From Salinispira sp. (GTDB lineage Bacteria; Spirochaetota; Spirochaetia; DSM-27196; Salinispiraceae), in the NCBI GenBank assembly GCA_965602015.1, contig OZ271918.1, forward strand, positions 1,984,001 through 2,048,000: a DNA stretch of 64,000 nt. The letters are read 5' to 3'. Position numbers and translations under genes: made by a program. Positions within the stretch are counted from its first letter, which is position 1. Every line of letters begins with the position of its first letter. Positions 11,469 through 21,715 of the stretch are shown piece by piece. A model generated the notes under the pieces. It was not told the origin of the DNA. It searched no databases and saw nothing but the letters and a program-made list of their open reading frames with translations.

Positions 11469-12431
11469 TCAGGCCAGGGGAAGTCCATCCGACTGGTCGA
11501 GCTGAACCATGTGGAGCAGCTGATGCACCGATCGAAGACCCATTTTTTCGAGGATGGGTCTGGTCTCCTTTCTGAGAGTGGACAGCCCGTAGAATTGAAC
11601 CGTCTCACCCCAGCCCCGTTCAAAGAAGTATCTCAAAATCTCTTCCTGGGTTTCACTTAGCGGGCAGCTGCGCTTGAGGTACGCAAGCGCAGCCTGCACA
11701 TCGATAAAGGCAATGGCGGATCGGTAGATAGTTATGGTGCTGGCAAAACGAAAGATGGAAGGCAGCAGGGCAATAATTACCGATAACGTGCTGAACCAAC
11801 GGGGAGTCAAATACTCACCGATTACATACAAAGAAAGGACCGAGGGAACAAGTTCATCTATCAGGATGCCAAAGGGGAAGAGTCCTGTCAAAAGGACCAG
11901 GGATTGCCACACCGATCGTTCAATCGGCATGCTTCTTTCAGGGCGCCTCTTCATGAGGCGGAAAAAGATTACGAAACTGAGAATCCCCACCGCGGTCAGC
12001 AGCAGCTTGGTCGCTATAAAAAAACTGCTGTCATCCAAACCCCCGATCCATCGAAAAATTCTCAAGACAAGCAGAATCAGCGTGAGGCCGACAGTCAGCG
12101 TTTTTTTGGGGAATTGCCATTCGACGGATTTTTCGAGCCTCAGGACATCTTCAACCAGGAGGAAAACTACGTAACCCAGGGCGATGAAGCTGAAAGTATC
12201 AATAACCTTACCAACGGCAAAGTACGTCAGGAAATGAGGAATGCCGCTGTAATAGCCAATGAACAGCAGCTCGACCGTTACATAGCGGACGAGCAGAATC
12301 AGCGAGAGAATGGTGAAATTACCGATAAGCCTATGTGGATGCCGCAAATACCACAGGGCGGCAAGCCAAAACATTCCGAGAGAAGCAAGAAGGGCAAATG
12401 TCTTGAACAAATACAGAAGCTGTATCATCAC
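11469..12431 (-). CDS. Multi-TM membrane protein with degenerate LuxR-like C-terminal HTH
   Basis: About 7 hydrophobic segments, then PLSETQEEILRY..GLSTLRKETRPILEKMGLRSVHQL. Confidence 0.6.
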   Translation of the reverse strand: MMIQLLYLFKTFALLASLGMFWLAALWYLRHPHRLIGNFTILSLILLVRYVTVELLFIGYYSGIPHFLTYFAVGKVIDTFSFIALGYVVFLLVEDVLRLEKSVEWQFPKKTLTVGLTLILLVLRIFRWIGGLDDSSFFIATKLLLTAVGILSFVIFFRLMKRRPERSMPIERSVWQSLVLLTGLFPFGILIDELVPSVLSLYVIGEYLTPRWFSTLSVIIALLPSIFRFASTITIYRSAIAFIDVQAALAYLKRSCPLSETQEEILRYFFERGWGETVQFYGLSTLRKETRPILEKMGLRSVHQLLHMVQLDQSDGLPLA

Positions 12432-13999
12432 GTATCAGTATACTCTATGCCGAGACGACTCATCCAGTTTGATAAGGTCTGATGATTTGCAAATCCCAGT
12501 TCCCTCGCCGCCTGTTTTTTTCGCCAGCGGTTTTTCTCAAGAACGGCGAGAATCCGCCTCCGGGCAAGCTCATCGAGCTCGTTCTGCAGGCCGGTTTCCA
12601 GGGAGCTATGCCCGCGAATTGTGAAGCTGTCTTTGCTACTCCTGGCGCCTGCATCACGAACTCGGCCGGACTCGTTGGGTTGATCCAGCACAGACTCGGG
12701 ACTCTCCTCCAGGGAATCCCGGATTTCATCCGCCGTAATGATCAGCGAAGAACTCCACAGCACAGCCTGTTTCAGGCAATTGAGAAGCTGCCGGACATTC
12801 CCCGGCCAAATGAGTCCGGAAATTAGCTTCACCGCCTCCGGAGCGATATCCCTATCCTGCCACTGAGGATCGGCCAGGGAGAATTCGCTATTAATTTGGG
12901 TAAGCAGCCGGCGAATCAACAGGGGAATGTCTCCGGGGCGCTGTCGTAAAGGAGGGATGTGCAAAGAAGCAACCGCGAGGCGGTAATACAAATCTGATCG
13001 GAAACGCCCGGCGCTGATTTCCTTCGATAGCGTTCGGTTGGTGGCGGCAATAATTCGCAGATCAATCTGCTGCGGAGCGGATGATCCAAGCGGAGTGACC
13101 TCCGATTCCTGCAGGGCACGCAGGAGCTTTACCTGCATGGGCGCGGGCAGTTCGCCGACCTCATCAAGAAACAGGGTACCTCCGTCCGCCTGCTGAAAGA
13201 AACCCGGACTGTCGCGATCCGCACCGGTGAATGCGCCGCGGCGGTACCCGAAAAACTGGGACTCCATGAGTTCGGAGGGAATCGCACCGCAGTTCACCGC
13301 CACAAAGGGCTTTGAAGATCGGGGACTGGAGGCGTGGATGGCTCTGCTCAAAAGCTCTTTCCCGGTTCCCGATTCGCCGCTTATGAGCACCGGCACGTCG
13401 AACTTCGAAGCTCTGGCGGCTTTATCAATAAGGCGCTTCATCGCGGCGTCCCGATGAATTATCGCCCGGAATTCCTGGCCGGCTAGCCGTTGATCGACCA
13501 TCAAGTCCTGAAACATCCTGCTCAATGAACTGCGTTCCCTGGCTGCCAGAACAAAGGGCAGCTCTACTTCAACCAGGCCCTGCTCACGGGAAGTCTGGAT
13601 GAGCTGAGCCTTGTGGCTGCTCTGAGACAGGACGATCCAGACAGCGGCCATGGCGGGGGTTCCGGGGGACAGGTGAAACCATCGCTGGTCCTCACCGGCG
13701 CTTCGGGAGTCCAGGAGCTGCTTAACCTCGTAGTATATCCGGGAATAGTCTGTGGGATCTTTTAAGACAAAATACACGGTCTCCGCGGCGATTTCCCGTC
13801 CCTGCAGCGCAAGCCGGCTCTTCAGGGAGGCCACATATCCTTCGGTTTCCTCTTTGCTGCTATTTGAGAGCAACACCAGAGCGGTGAACCTGTTGTCCAG
13901 GAGGGCATAATATAGCGGACCCCGTTGATGGTCCTCCACTGCTTCCTGATCAATTAATCGCATGTCGCTCATGCCGAGCCAGCTGTAGAGCAGCGCCAT
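12428..13999 (-). CDS. Sigma54-dependent activator with N-terminal CARF-like (RtcR-family) domain
   Basis: N-term [50 protein letters not shown]-terminal HTH; start moved to ATG 13999. Confidence 0.85.
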   Translation of the reverse strand: MALLYSWLGMSDMRLIDQEAVEDHQRGPLYYALLDNRFTALVLLSNSSKEETEGYVASLKSRLALQGREIAAETVYFVLKDPTDYSRIYYEVKQLLDSRSAGEDQRWFHLSPGTPAMAAVWIVLSQSSHKAQLIQTSREQGLVEVELPFVLAARERSSLSRMFQDLMVDQRLAGQEFRAIIHRDAAMKRLIDKAARASKFDVPVLISGESGTGKELLSRAIHASSPRSSKPFVAVNCGAIPSELMESQFFGYRRGAFTGADRDSPGFFQQADGGTLFLDEVGELPAPMQVKLLRALQESEVTPLGSSAPQQIDLRIIAATNRTLSKEISAGRFRSDLYYRLAVASLHIPPLRQRPGDIPLLIRRLLTQINSEFSLADPQWQDRDIAPEAVKLISGLIWPGNVRQLLNCLKQAVLWSSSLIITADEIRDSLEESPESVLDQPNESGRVRDAGARSSKDSFTIRGHSSLETGLQNELDELARRRILAVLEKNRWRKKQAARELGFANHQTLSNWMSRLGIEYTDT

Positions 14000-14049
14000 G
14001 GGGGTAATACTACTTGACAAAACGGCCTTCGAGCAAGGTAGGCTGAACC

Positions 14050-15036
14050 ATGAGCGATTTGAAAAAAACTGATATACAAGCTGACGATAGCAGTCACAAC
14101 CTGATTTACGGATGCATGAACATCGGCGGAAATTGGGAAGACCGTGAAGCCAGCGCTGATGAACGGAAGGCGGCTTTTTTATCCTTGGATGCCGCATTTG
14201 AAGCGGGGTTCAGACGATTCGACCATGCGGATATTTACTGCAGGGGGAAATCCGAAAGCCTGTTCGGAGAATACCTCGCCGCCCATCCGGAGATTTCCCG
14301 GGAAGAGATAATCATTCAGAGCAAAACCGGCATACGTTTCGCAGGTGATCCCAACCCGGACTCCCCCGGCCGATACGACTTTGGGGCGCATTACGTTCTT
14401 TCTCAGGTGGATAAGATCCTCGCCCGTCTGGGATGCGAATACTTGGACGTGTTGCTCTTCCACCGGCCCGATGCGTTGGTAGAAGGCGAGGAATTCGCCG
14501 AAGCATGCCACAAGCTCTTCACAAGCGGTAAAGTCCGACGATTTGGAGTCAGCAACCATTCGGCTGCCAGGATCCGCTATCTTCAATCATACGTGGATCA
14601 GCCCATCGAGATTAACCAGCTCGAATTCAGTCTTGGCCACCGAGCTCTGGTGGAAGCGGAAATTCTGACAAACCAGGATGCCGATGGGGCAATATGCCAG
14701 GCTGCGGGTTTGCTGGATTATTGCCGGAGCAATGGCATTTCCCTTCAGGCATGGTCGCCGCTTGCCAGAGGCCGATTCACCGGCAACGCAGGGGCGGATG
14801 ATTCAATTGCCTTCGAAACCAAAGCGTATCTGGACGCTCTGGCGGTGAAAAAGCAGTGCAGCCCGGAGGCACTGGCGCTGGCCTGGATTTGCAGGATACC
14901 CGCTTCATTAACTCCTGTGGTGGGAAGCACAAATCCCGACCGCATTCACGCATGTGCCCAGGCGGCTAACGCGGTTCTCTCAAGGGAGGAATGGTATACC
15001 CTTCTCACCCTGGCGCGAGGCCAAGCCCTACCCTAA
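14050..15036 (+). CDS. Aldo/keto reductase (YdhF-like)
   Basis: FDHADIY, IIIQSKTG, LDVLLFHRPD, GVSNH, NQLEFS, AWSPLARG. Confidence 0.93.
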   Translation: MSDLKKTDIQADDSSHNLIYGCMNIGGNWEDREASADERKAAFLSLDAAFEAGFRRFDHADIYCRGKSESLFGEYLAAHPEISREEIIIQSKTGIRFAGDPNPDSPGRYDFGAHYVLSQVDKILARLGCEYLDVLLFHRPDALVEGEEFAEACHKLFTSGKVRRFGVSNHSAARIRYLQSYVDQPIEINQLEFSLGHRALVEAEILTNQDADGAICQAAGLLDYCRSNGISLQAWSPLARGRFTGNAGADDSIAFETKAYLDALAVKKQCSPEALALAWICRIPASLTPVVGSTNPDRIHACAQAANAVLSREEWYTLLTLARGQALP

Positions 15037-16547
15037 TCCGAGGCATATTCCAGCACCTTGTAAGCGCCGTGATATATGCCCGCCTCGAGGTTGTTCAGAA
15101 TGTTCCTGGAGAGCATGGCGATAAGGTCCCTGCTGTCAACGAGCATGTTCAGACTTTGAATAAGATTGTTTTCACCGACGGTTTCAAGAGTACTGTCACC
15201 TATTTCCGAACCCCGTATTGCCCCCCAGGCCTCATGCCGGCCGACCCGCTGGATAAAGAACTTCGGTATGGGATAGAAGGAAAGTTCGCTCGGCTTGGTA
15301 ATCAGCAAATCAGCCGATCGCATGAGAATATTGGTTACATACACCGCAGGCAGGACGTCGTCGTGGAGAAAAATATGGATTCCCTGAATATCCCGGTTGT
15401 AGAGATCCCGGGCGAAGGCAAAACTGTCCTCCCAACGCTCATATAGCTTGCTTGCCAGACCTATTGAGTCGAGGAAAGCCGCAAGCGGCTGATACAACTT
15501 TCGGTGATCCCCGAGGTTTATTAATAAGCACAGTTCCTTCCGCTGCAGGCGCAGGGCCAGTTGTTGAATGATAAACTGAAATTTTTTCATCTGAGCGCCC
15601 GCGCCGCCGATGGTGAGCAGGAATCTCCGGGGTTTGCCGTTTTCGCAGCGTTCTATCCGTTTTTCGCAATCCTCCTGAGCATTGGCCACCAGCTCGTGAT
15701 CGACAAAATGTCCGCTGTACTTGACCTGGTCTGGATTCATGGGCTTGAGAATTTCGTTAACGCCCCCCATGTTCCGCAGGCTTCTATAGCCCATGTATGC
15801 AGAGGGTCCCTGCACGCAGTGGATTGATCCGGGCGCCAGGTGAAATGCCAATGCCAGGTTATCGGGGATCGCGGTGATGACTCGCTTAATTCCCGCGTGG
15901 ATTGCCGCCTGTGCAGCCCAGGGGTGTACCGAAAGAAAGGGAATGTCCGGAGGAATCGCCCGGCAGGAGGGGGCGAAAAACCGGCTCATATGCCAGTCCC
16001 TGAGCTGGTAATCCAGTTTTCGCGCAACGGTATCAGTCACCTTTTCCCACACCAGCGCGTTGAAAAGCGGCAGACTTTCGCTCAGGCGGCTGCCCCAGCT
16101 GTACAAGCCCTCAAGACCGGTTATGACCTTGCTGGCGATGGAGCGGGGATTCTCAAGCAAGTCGAGCCAGACCGGAGTGTATCCCATAAAATGGGCAACC
16201 GATGCCAGGGCAAGGGCGATGCGGTAGTGCCCGAAACCCATACGGATTGTCCCGATAATCAGGGGTCTATCAATCTGGGAAAAATCGCAGTGGCTAACCG
16301 GCACCGCCTTGCTAAACTCGAGACTTCGATCTGCGGGCACGAGATAGCGCATGCCGAAAAGCGAAGATCCCTTTGCCCGTTCTGAAATCTGCAGAGGGTA
16401 GTATTTATTGTCCGGGTTTCCGTATCTCCGATACAGGCGTTTGAAACGGCCCCGGGCCTTTCGAACCGCCGCGCTCCGTATACGGTTATCGAACAGCAGA
16501 TAATCAGTGTCCCGGTCTCCGGGAAAGCCGTTAAAAATTTCACTCAT
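15033..16547 (-). CDS. Putative GT-B glycosyltransferase-like protein (UgtP/MGDG-synthase-like)
   Basis: MGFGHYR N-terminal motif; LLTIGGAGAQ; ADLLITKPSEL resembling the GT28 C-domain. Confidence 0.55.
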   Translation of the reverse strand: MSEIFNGFPGDRDTDYLLFDNRIRSAAVRKARGRFKRLYRRYGNPDNKYYPLQISERAKGSSLFGMRYLVPADRSLEFSKAVPVSHCDFSQIDRPLIIGTIRMGFGHYRIALALASVAHFMGYTPVWLDLLENPRSIASKVITGLEGLYSWGSRLSESLPLFNALVWEKVTDTVARKLDYQLRDWHMSRFFAPSCRAIPPDIPFLSVHPWAAQAAIHAGIKRVITAIPDNLALAFHLAPGSIHCVQGPSAYMGYRSLRNMGGVNEILKPMNPDQVKYSGHFVDHELVANAQEDCEKRIERCENGKPRRFLLTIGGAGAQMKKFQFIIQQLALRLQRKELCLLINLGDHRKLYQPLAAFLDSIGLASKLYERWEDSFAFARDLYNRDIQGIHIFLHDDVLPAVYVTNILMRSADLLITKPSELSFYPIPKFFIQRVGRHEAWGAIRGSEIGDSTLETVGENNLIQSLNMLVDSRDLIAMLSRNILNNLEAGIYHGAYKVLEYASD

Positions 16548-16586
16548 TCATTCACCGCCTGATAGTAATAATAGGGCATCCGAACC

Positions 16587-17285
16587 TTAGTTCTCAAATT
16601 CTACGGAGTTCGACAGAACCCCGATGGGGGGAATCTCCACTTCCACCTGATCACCGTGAAAGACGGGAGCGATACCTTCGGGAGTACCTGTGGCGATAAT
16701 ATCGCCTGGCTCAAGGCGAATGTGACGGCTGATATAGGAAATCAGTTCTTCGACGGGAAAAATCATGTTTCTGGTATTTGATGACTGGCGGACCTCACCG
16801 TTTACCCGGCAGATTATGTCCAGATTCTGCGGATCGGCAATTTCCTCCCGTGGAACTATTCGCGGCCCGATGGGACCAAAGCTGTCCAGGCTTTTTCCCC
16901 TGAACCAGCCGGACGGATCGCTTTTTTGAATATTTCGCTGGCTGACGTCATTAAAGCAGGTGTATCCCAGGACAAAATCAAGAGCATCCGGGGCTTTCAC
17001 CCGGGAGCAGGTTTTAGAAATAATGATGGCCAGCTCGGCTTCCGGATCCACCCTGGGCTCGGGAAAACCCAACTCAAAAAGAAATTTCGGGACCCGGATG
17101 GCTTCACCGGGACCGATAAGCACATTGGGAGTCTTGGCGAACAGCACCGGTTCTGTGGGCAGGTCGAGCTTCTCATGATCGTAACTCAGGCTTTCGACCA
17201 CATGGTCGGCGTAATTTAACCCCACGGCGATGATTTTTCGGGGATCGATGCGGTAGCTGTCATTTCCCATTGGCAGTTCAATCAT
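16587..17285 (-). CDS. Fumarylacetoacetate hydrolase family protein
   Basis: VGLNYADH, EAELA, NDVSQR, GKSLDSFGP, DIIATGTPEG. Confidence 0.95.
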   Translation of the reverse strand: MIELPMGNDSYRIDPRKIIAVGLNYADHVVESLSYDHEKLDLPTEPVLFAKTPNVLIGPGEAIRVPKFLFELGFPEPRVDPEAELAIIISKTCSRVKAPDALDFVLGYTCFNDVSQRNIQKSDPSGWFRGKSLDSFGPIGPRIVPREEIADPQNLDIICRVNGEVRQSSNTRNMIFPVEELISYISRHIRLEPGDIIATGTPEGIAPVFHGDQVEVEIPPIGVLSNSVEFEN

Positions 17286-18856
17286 TCCATATCCTTTTCC
17301 AAATCTTCCAAACCCAGTTCCGAACGATGCTCCTCATACTGACGGGGCGTCGACACCCTCCGTAATTCCTTGAGGAGCTTTTTCAGGGAATCCATGGTAT
17401 GCATATCCTTTCTGAGAATAGTGACCAGTTCGGATTCCCGCAGTTCCAGGCACAGCAGCAAAAGAACGCTGGCCACAGTTTCCATGGCCTTCCTGACGCT
17501 CTGGCCGGCGAGGAACACCGAACTGTACTGGATGCTCTTTTCATGGGGGATAAAAAACTGCACATCTCCATATGCAAGAGGACGAAGCATGGGCACATTC
17601 TCGGATTTTTTTGCCGAGCTACCGTGTTTCAAAATCAGGGCGAGGGTACGGGAAATCTGAAAAAAAATGTTGAGGAGCTCCGAGATATTGGCAACCACCG
17701 GCTCTTCGCCGGCATTCACGCTGAGATTTCCCTCAGAGAGAATCCTCAGATAACGCCCCCGGTCAAATCGGGGCATCTTGAGAATGGTTTTATCGAGCTT
17801 TTCTTTCAAATACCCCATACGGACCAGGTAGTTTGAGAACATCGTCGCATCAAACACCTGCACCCGCTTGTCCGAACCGCCCTTGATTTTAAAGTCCGAG
17901 GTGAGAAAGCGGCGAAACTCATCCTGAACTCTTTGGCAAAAACCGACGAGAAAATTCAGCACATTGGTCCAGTCGGCTCCGAATCGGTCCTGATCTCCCG
18001 CTCCGGTATTGTAGAATTGCTTCAACAACGCAATATCATGGGAAACCGAGAGTCCCTCGCTAATCGGTATGAGACCACGGTACAGGGCTATTTCGCCGTG
18101 GTTCCGCAGGTGTTTTTGAATTGAGACAACCACCTCATGGCTGTAATTAATTAGCAGAAGCCGGCTGTGTTCATCGAGGTCAAAATCTTCAGAGCTGAAA
18201 TACAGATGCTTTTCATCGCTCAGCATATCCCCGATGTCCACATATTTCATTGCGTGCATGGAGTTCAGCGAAACAAACAGCGAGTACAGCGTGAGACGCT
18301 TTATGCTGGGGGAAAGTATCATTTGCATGGCCCGGACAATGCCGTCTACCGGGAAGTTGTCGGCGTGGCCGAGTTTGGCATAGAGGCTCAGCTGGCGCTC
18401 AAGGCTCGATAGCATAGCGGGATCTGAGTACAGAATCAAAAAGGCCTGCTCAATGCCCCTCATCGTTTCAAGGATTCGCCCCGGCGGACTCTGCAGCTGT
18501 TCAGGCTTTACCCCGGCGACGGCTTTGGCAAAATCGTGGATAAAAACAAGCTTGTTGTATTCGAGCTTTTCGAATACCCTCCACCCGTTATCCACGACCG
18601 GGAAAAGCGCTTTGTGCAGGGGTTCGGCAAGATTTCTCTGGATCTGCTGGATAAATCGCTCGGGAAGCTTAGAATCGAGGCGCATAAAGAGAAAAAATGT
18701 GAAATGGATAATTCCGTTATGTCTGCTGAACTCGCGAATTTTCAACAGTTCAGATGATATGAACTGAAAAAAGCTGTTCGGCTGAATGGTTTTTTTAACC
18801 AGTCGCCGGTTGCGCGCAATAGTCTCCCGGGAAATACCCGCTACCGATAGCTCCAT
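17282..18856 (-). CDS. Hypothetical protein (524 aa)
   Basis: Long ORF whose stop overlaps the FAH start (ATGA); no motif recognised. Confidence 0.8.
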   Translation of the reverse strand: MELSVAGISRETIARNRRLVKKTIQPNSFFQFISSELLKIREFSRHNGIIHFTFFLFMRLDSKLPERFIQQIQRNLAEPLHKALFPVVDNGWRVFEKLEYNKLVFIHDFAKAVAGVKPEQLQSPPGRILETMRGIEQAFLILYSDPAMLSSLERQLSLYAKLGHADNFPVDGIVRAMQMILSPSIKRLTLYSLFVSLNSMHAMKYVDIGDMLSDEKHLYFSSEDFDLDEHSRLLLINYSHEVVVSIQKHLRNHGEIALYRGLIPISEGLSVSHDIALLKQFYNTGAGDQDRFGADWTNVLNFLVGFCQRVQDEFRRFLTSDFKIKGGSDKRVQVFDATMFSNYLVRMGYLKEKLDKTILKMPRFDRGRYLRILSEGNLSVNAGEEPVVANISELLNIFFQISRTLALILKHGSSAKKSENVPMLRPLAYGDVQFFIPHEKSIQYSSVFLAGQSVRKAMETVASVLLLLCLELRESELVTILRKDMHTMDSLKKLLKELRRVSTPRQYEEHRSELGLEDLEKDME

Positions 18857-18862
18857 GTAAAC

Positions 18863-19258
18863 CTAATCGATGAGCCCAAAAGCCCTCAGCTCGGCAAGCA
18901 GGGCATCCCGTTCTATGGGCTTTGCCAGGTACGCCTCGCATTGTTGGGTAAAGGCATCTATGATGTTTTTGCTGTCCCGCAGGGCCGTGGTCATGATTAT
19001 TTTTACTCCCTCGAGACCATTAACCCCGTTTTCTCCTTCGAAGGTCCTGATTTTTTTTAGAACTTCCTGTCCATCCAACTTTGGCAGCATGATATCCAGG
19101 CATATAAGATCGTAGGGTGTTTTTGTAGAATACGCGGCGACGAATTTCTCGACGGCCTGTTCACCGTCTACCGCGTAATCACATTCGCCATACTGCTCAA
19201 GTACCTTCTGGATAAATTTCCGGCTGGGCATGTCATCTTTAACGATTAAGGCTCTCAT
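18863..19258 (-). CDS. Single-domain response regulator (CheY-like)
   Basis: LIVKDD, LDIMLP, MTTA, LAKP; start moved to ATG 19258 with AGGAG SD. Confidence 0.9.
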   Translation of the reverse strand: MRALIVKDDMPSRKFIQKVLEQYGECDYAVDGEQAVEKFVAAYSTKTPYDLICLDIMLPKLDGQEVLKKIRTFEGENGVNGLEGVKIIMTTALRDSKNIIDAFTQQCEAYLAKPIERDALLAELRAFGLID

Positions 19259-19367
19259 GCGGTCTCCTGTTAGACTATCTATGCGATCGCTTTTTCCACA
19301 AAGCTGCAATCGGCAACGGAGTTATACTATAATTATGCGGGTAAAGTACTAAAAATGCGAGGGAGAA

Positions 19368-21662
19368 GTGCAAGAACAGCTGGTTAGCGCCGATTTCATC
19401 AGGATTTTTTCCCGACATCGCCAACCGCATTTCGCCGTAGATACTAATGACGGGCGTTTCCTCATGATCAACGAAGCCTGCGCCGCAATGCTTGAACTGG
19501 ATGCGCACACCGGCCTTCCGGACAACATCTCCAAGCTGTCCCACCGGGGGTTTCCCGGCCTGAAGCTGCTCACCGGACCGGCCGCCTCCCTGGAAATAAT
19601 GCACCAGTTTGTCTACACCGGTAGCCGCAAGGCGCGGGAAATTCGCTTAACCGGCAGCGCCCAGGATTGCGCCGACGCCTCTCTGTTCATCGCCCGCCTT
19701 GAAGACATAAGCTCCCGTCTCGCCTTTAATACCTATCTTATTGAACAAGGGCAGAAAAACCGGGATTTGACGGTCGAGGCTCCTCAGCTTATTGCCTTCA
19801 CCCTTGAGCTCCTGTCGGGCATGGTCCCGGTGAAACAGGCGGCCGCCTTTTTTCCCGGGTATGCCTCAGAGTATCTCTACCGGCCCGAGGAAGTGGATGA
19901 GCCCATCGCCGCCCAACTCAAACAGGTAATCGATACCACAGGCGACAGGACCGGGGAGAACTCGGGGGAAATCAATGTAGTAGATTTGCCGGGAGATCTC
20001 GGTGCGGTATTGTGCATCTCGGTGACTGAGGAAGGGGAACACCTGGGAGTCATTGCATTGGCCCTCCCCGACCGTTCCGCCCTGCGGCCCTTTGCCCTGC
20101 CGCCGATACAATATCTCGGCCAGCTTTTGGGCGAACAGCTGGTTCGCAACCGGGCCAAGGCGCGCATCATGCTTCGCCTTCACAACTTCAGCCGGTACCG
20201 GGACGGCACCCAGTTGGGGGTGGCGGTTTTAGACTCGCAACGGCGTATCGCCCAATGCACCGCGGTCTTTTGCGATTTTTTCGGTCTCCAGGAGGAAACC
20301 CTTCTCGGCCGAAACCTTGAAAACATCAGGAACCTCATTCGCATCCCCTTCGAACAGGAAGAATCGCGGCAAATTCCGGTGATGTACAGTTACACAAAGC
20401 CGGATGGGATGCATGTGTATTTCAACATTACTGAGATCGATGCGGAGGAGGACAGCTCGATGATCCTGCTCTGGGACGTCAGCTCGGTCAGACGCCTTGA
20501 AGATGAACTTGAGCTCGCCAGAAATCAGGCTGAGGCGGCAAAAAGATCAAAGGGCGATTTTATTTCAAACATATCCCATGAACTGCGCACCCCCCTCAAC
20601 GGCATAAATGGAATGGCCCAATTGCTGGAGGAAACCAGTTTGGATTCCGAGCAGAACGATCTCGTGGAAACCCTCCGGCATTCTGTGGAAAACCTCAACA
20701 ATCTCATTCAGGATTTACTGGATTTCAGCCGCCTCGATTCGGGAAAACTCAAAATGGATGAGGATTTCTTTCCGGTGTTCGACGTACTGTCCCGTGTCGT
20801 TCAGAACCACGGCGCTGATGCAAAGGCAAAGGGCCTGTATCTGAGAATCGACAGCCCTGATTCCCGGCTTTTATATTTCAGCGATGCCATGCGCTTTCAG
20901 CAGATAATCAGCAACCTGGTCTCAAACGCGATTAAGTTTACCGATAGCGGAGGGGTCGCTATCTCCTACGTCCTGGAAAAGCACAAGCTCATCGTTGAGG
21001 TTAAGGACAGCGGCATCGGCATCCCCGAAAAAATGCAGAGGCGGATATTCGATAGTTTCACCCAATTGGAACACACCTACACTAAATACCGTCAAGGACT
21101 TGGTTTGGGACTGGCCATCTGCCGTCGGCTGTCGGTTTTAATGGGGGGCAAACTGGATTTGAGTTCACAGGTTGGCGCGGGCTCTACATTCTCCCTTACT
21201 CTTCCGGCGAAGGAAGAACAAGTCAGCGATCGTTCGCAGTCTTCCGGCAATGAACGAAGGGGCCCAAACGCACGCCGGGAACGGTTTCCGGGTCTGAGGG
21301 TGCTGGTCGCAGAAGACGACTTCCTGAACAGGAAAACTCTGGTGCGATTTTTGAAGATGCAGGGATGCCTGGTTTCCGCCGCCGGCGACGGCCTGGAGGC
21401 TGAGCACCTCATTAGAACCATGGATTTTGATATACTGATTTTCGATATCACCATGCCCGAAATTACCGGTCAGGAGCTCACCCACCTGGTTCGCCGGAAA
21501 AATATCAGCTCCCGCCGGGACATCCCCATTTTGGGGGTGACGGCGCATGTGTACCCCGGAGAAATTCAATCCTTCCTGGAAAGCGGGATGAACGATGTAC
21601 TCACCAAACCCTTTGTTGCGGCACAGCTGTTTGAAAAAATGGAAGGAATACTGCAGGGATAA
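19368..21662 (+). CDS. Cytoplasmic hybrid sensor kinase (PAS/GAF-like input, HisKA, HATPase, REC)
   Basis: SHELRTPLN, NAIKFT, DSGIGI, GLGLGL, VAEDD..FDI..KP; no TM segments. Confidence 0.92.
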   Translation: MQEQLVSADFIRIFSRHRQPHFAVDTNDGRFLMINEACAAMLELDAHTGLPDNISKLSHRGFPGLKLLTGPAASLEIMHQFVYTGSRKAREIRLTGSAQDCADASLFIARLEDISSRLAFNTYLIEQGQKNRDLTVEAPQLIAFTLELLSGMVPVKQAAAFFPGYASEYLYRPEEVDEPIAAQLKQVIDTTGDRTGENSGEINVVDLPGDLGAVLCISVTEEGEHLGVIALALPDRSALRPFALPPIQYLGQLLGEQLVRNRAKARIMLRLHNFSRYRDGTQLGVAVLDSQRRIAQCTAVFCDFFGLQEETLLGRNLENIRNLIRIPFEQEESRQIPVMYSYTKPDGMHVYFNITEIDAEEDSSMILLWDVSSVRRLEDELELARNQAEAAKRSKGDFISNISHELRTPLNGINGMAQLLEETSLDSEQNDLVETLRHSVENLNNLIQDLLDFSRLDSGKLKMDEDFFPVFDVLSRVVQNHGADAKAKGLYLRIDSPDSRLLYFSDAMRFQQIISNLVSNAIKFTDSGGVAISYVLEKHKLIVEVKDSGIGIPEKMQRRIFDSFTQLEHTYTKYRQGLGLGLAICRRLSVLMGGKLDLSSQVGAGSTFSLTLPAKEEQVSDRSQSSGNERRGPNARRERFPGLRVLVAEDDFLNRKTLVRFLKMQGCLVSAAGDGLEAEHLIRTMDFDILIFDITMPEITGQELTHLVRRKNISSRRDIPILGVTAHVYPGEIQSFLESGMNDVLTKPFVAAQLFEKMEGILQG

Positions 21663-21702
21663 AAAAAACGGCGGTGAACAGTAGCTAACCGTCACCGCCG
21701 TT
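21661..21702 (-). terminator. Terminator hairpin between the convergent kinase and nrdJ
   Basis: AACGGCGGTGA / TCACCGCCGTT, T-run on the minus strand. Confidence 0.7.
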
Positions 21703-21715
21703 GGTCTCTTGAGTG

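Noticed and set aside
14000..14197. N-terminal extension of the CARF activator in the ORF track
   Set aside because: It overlaps the divergent aldo/keto reductase; the domain begins at Met 13999.
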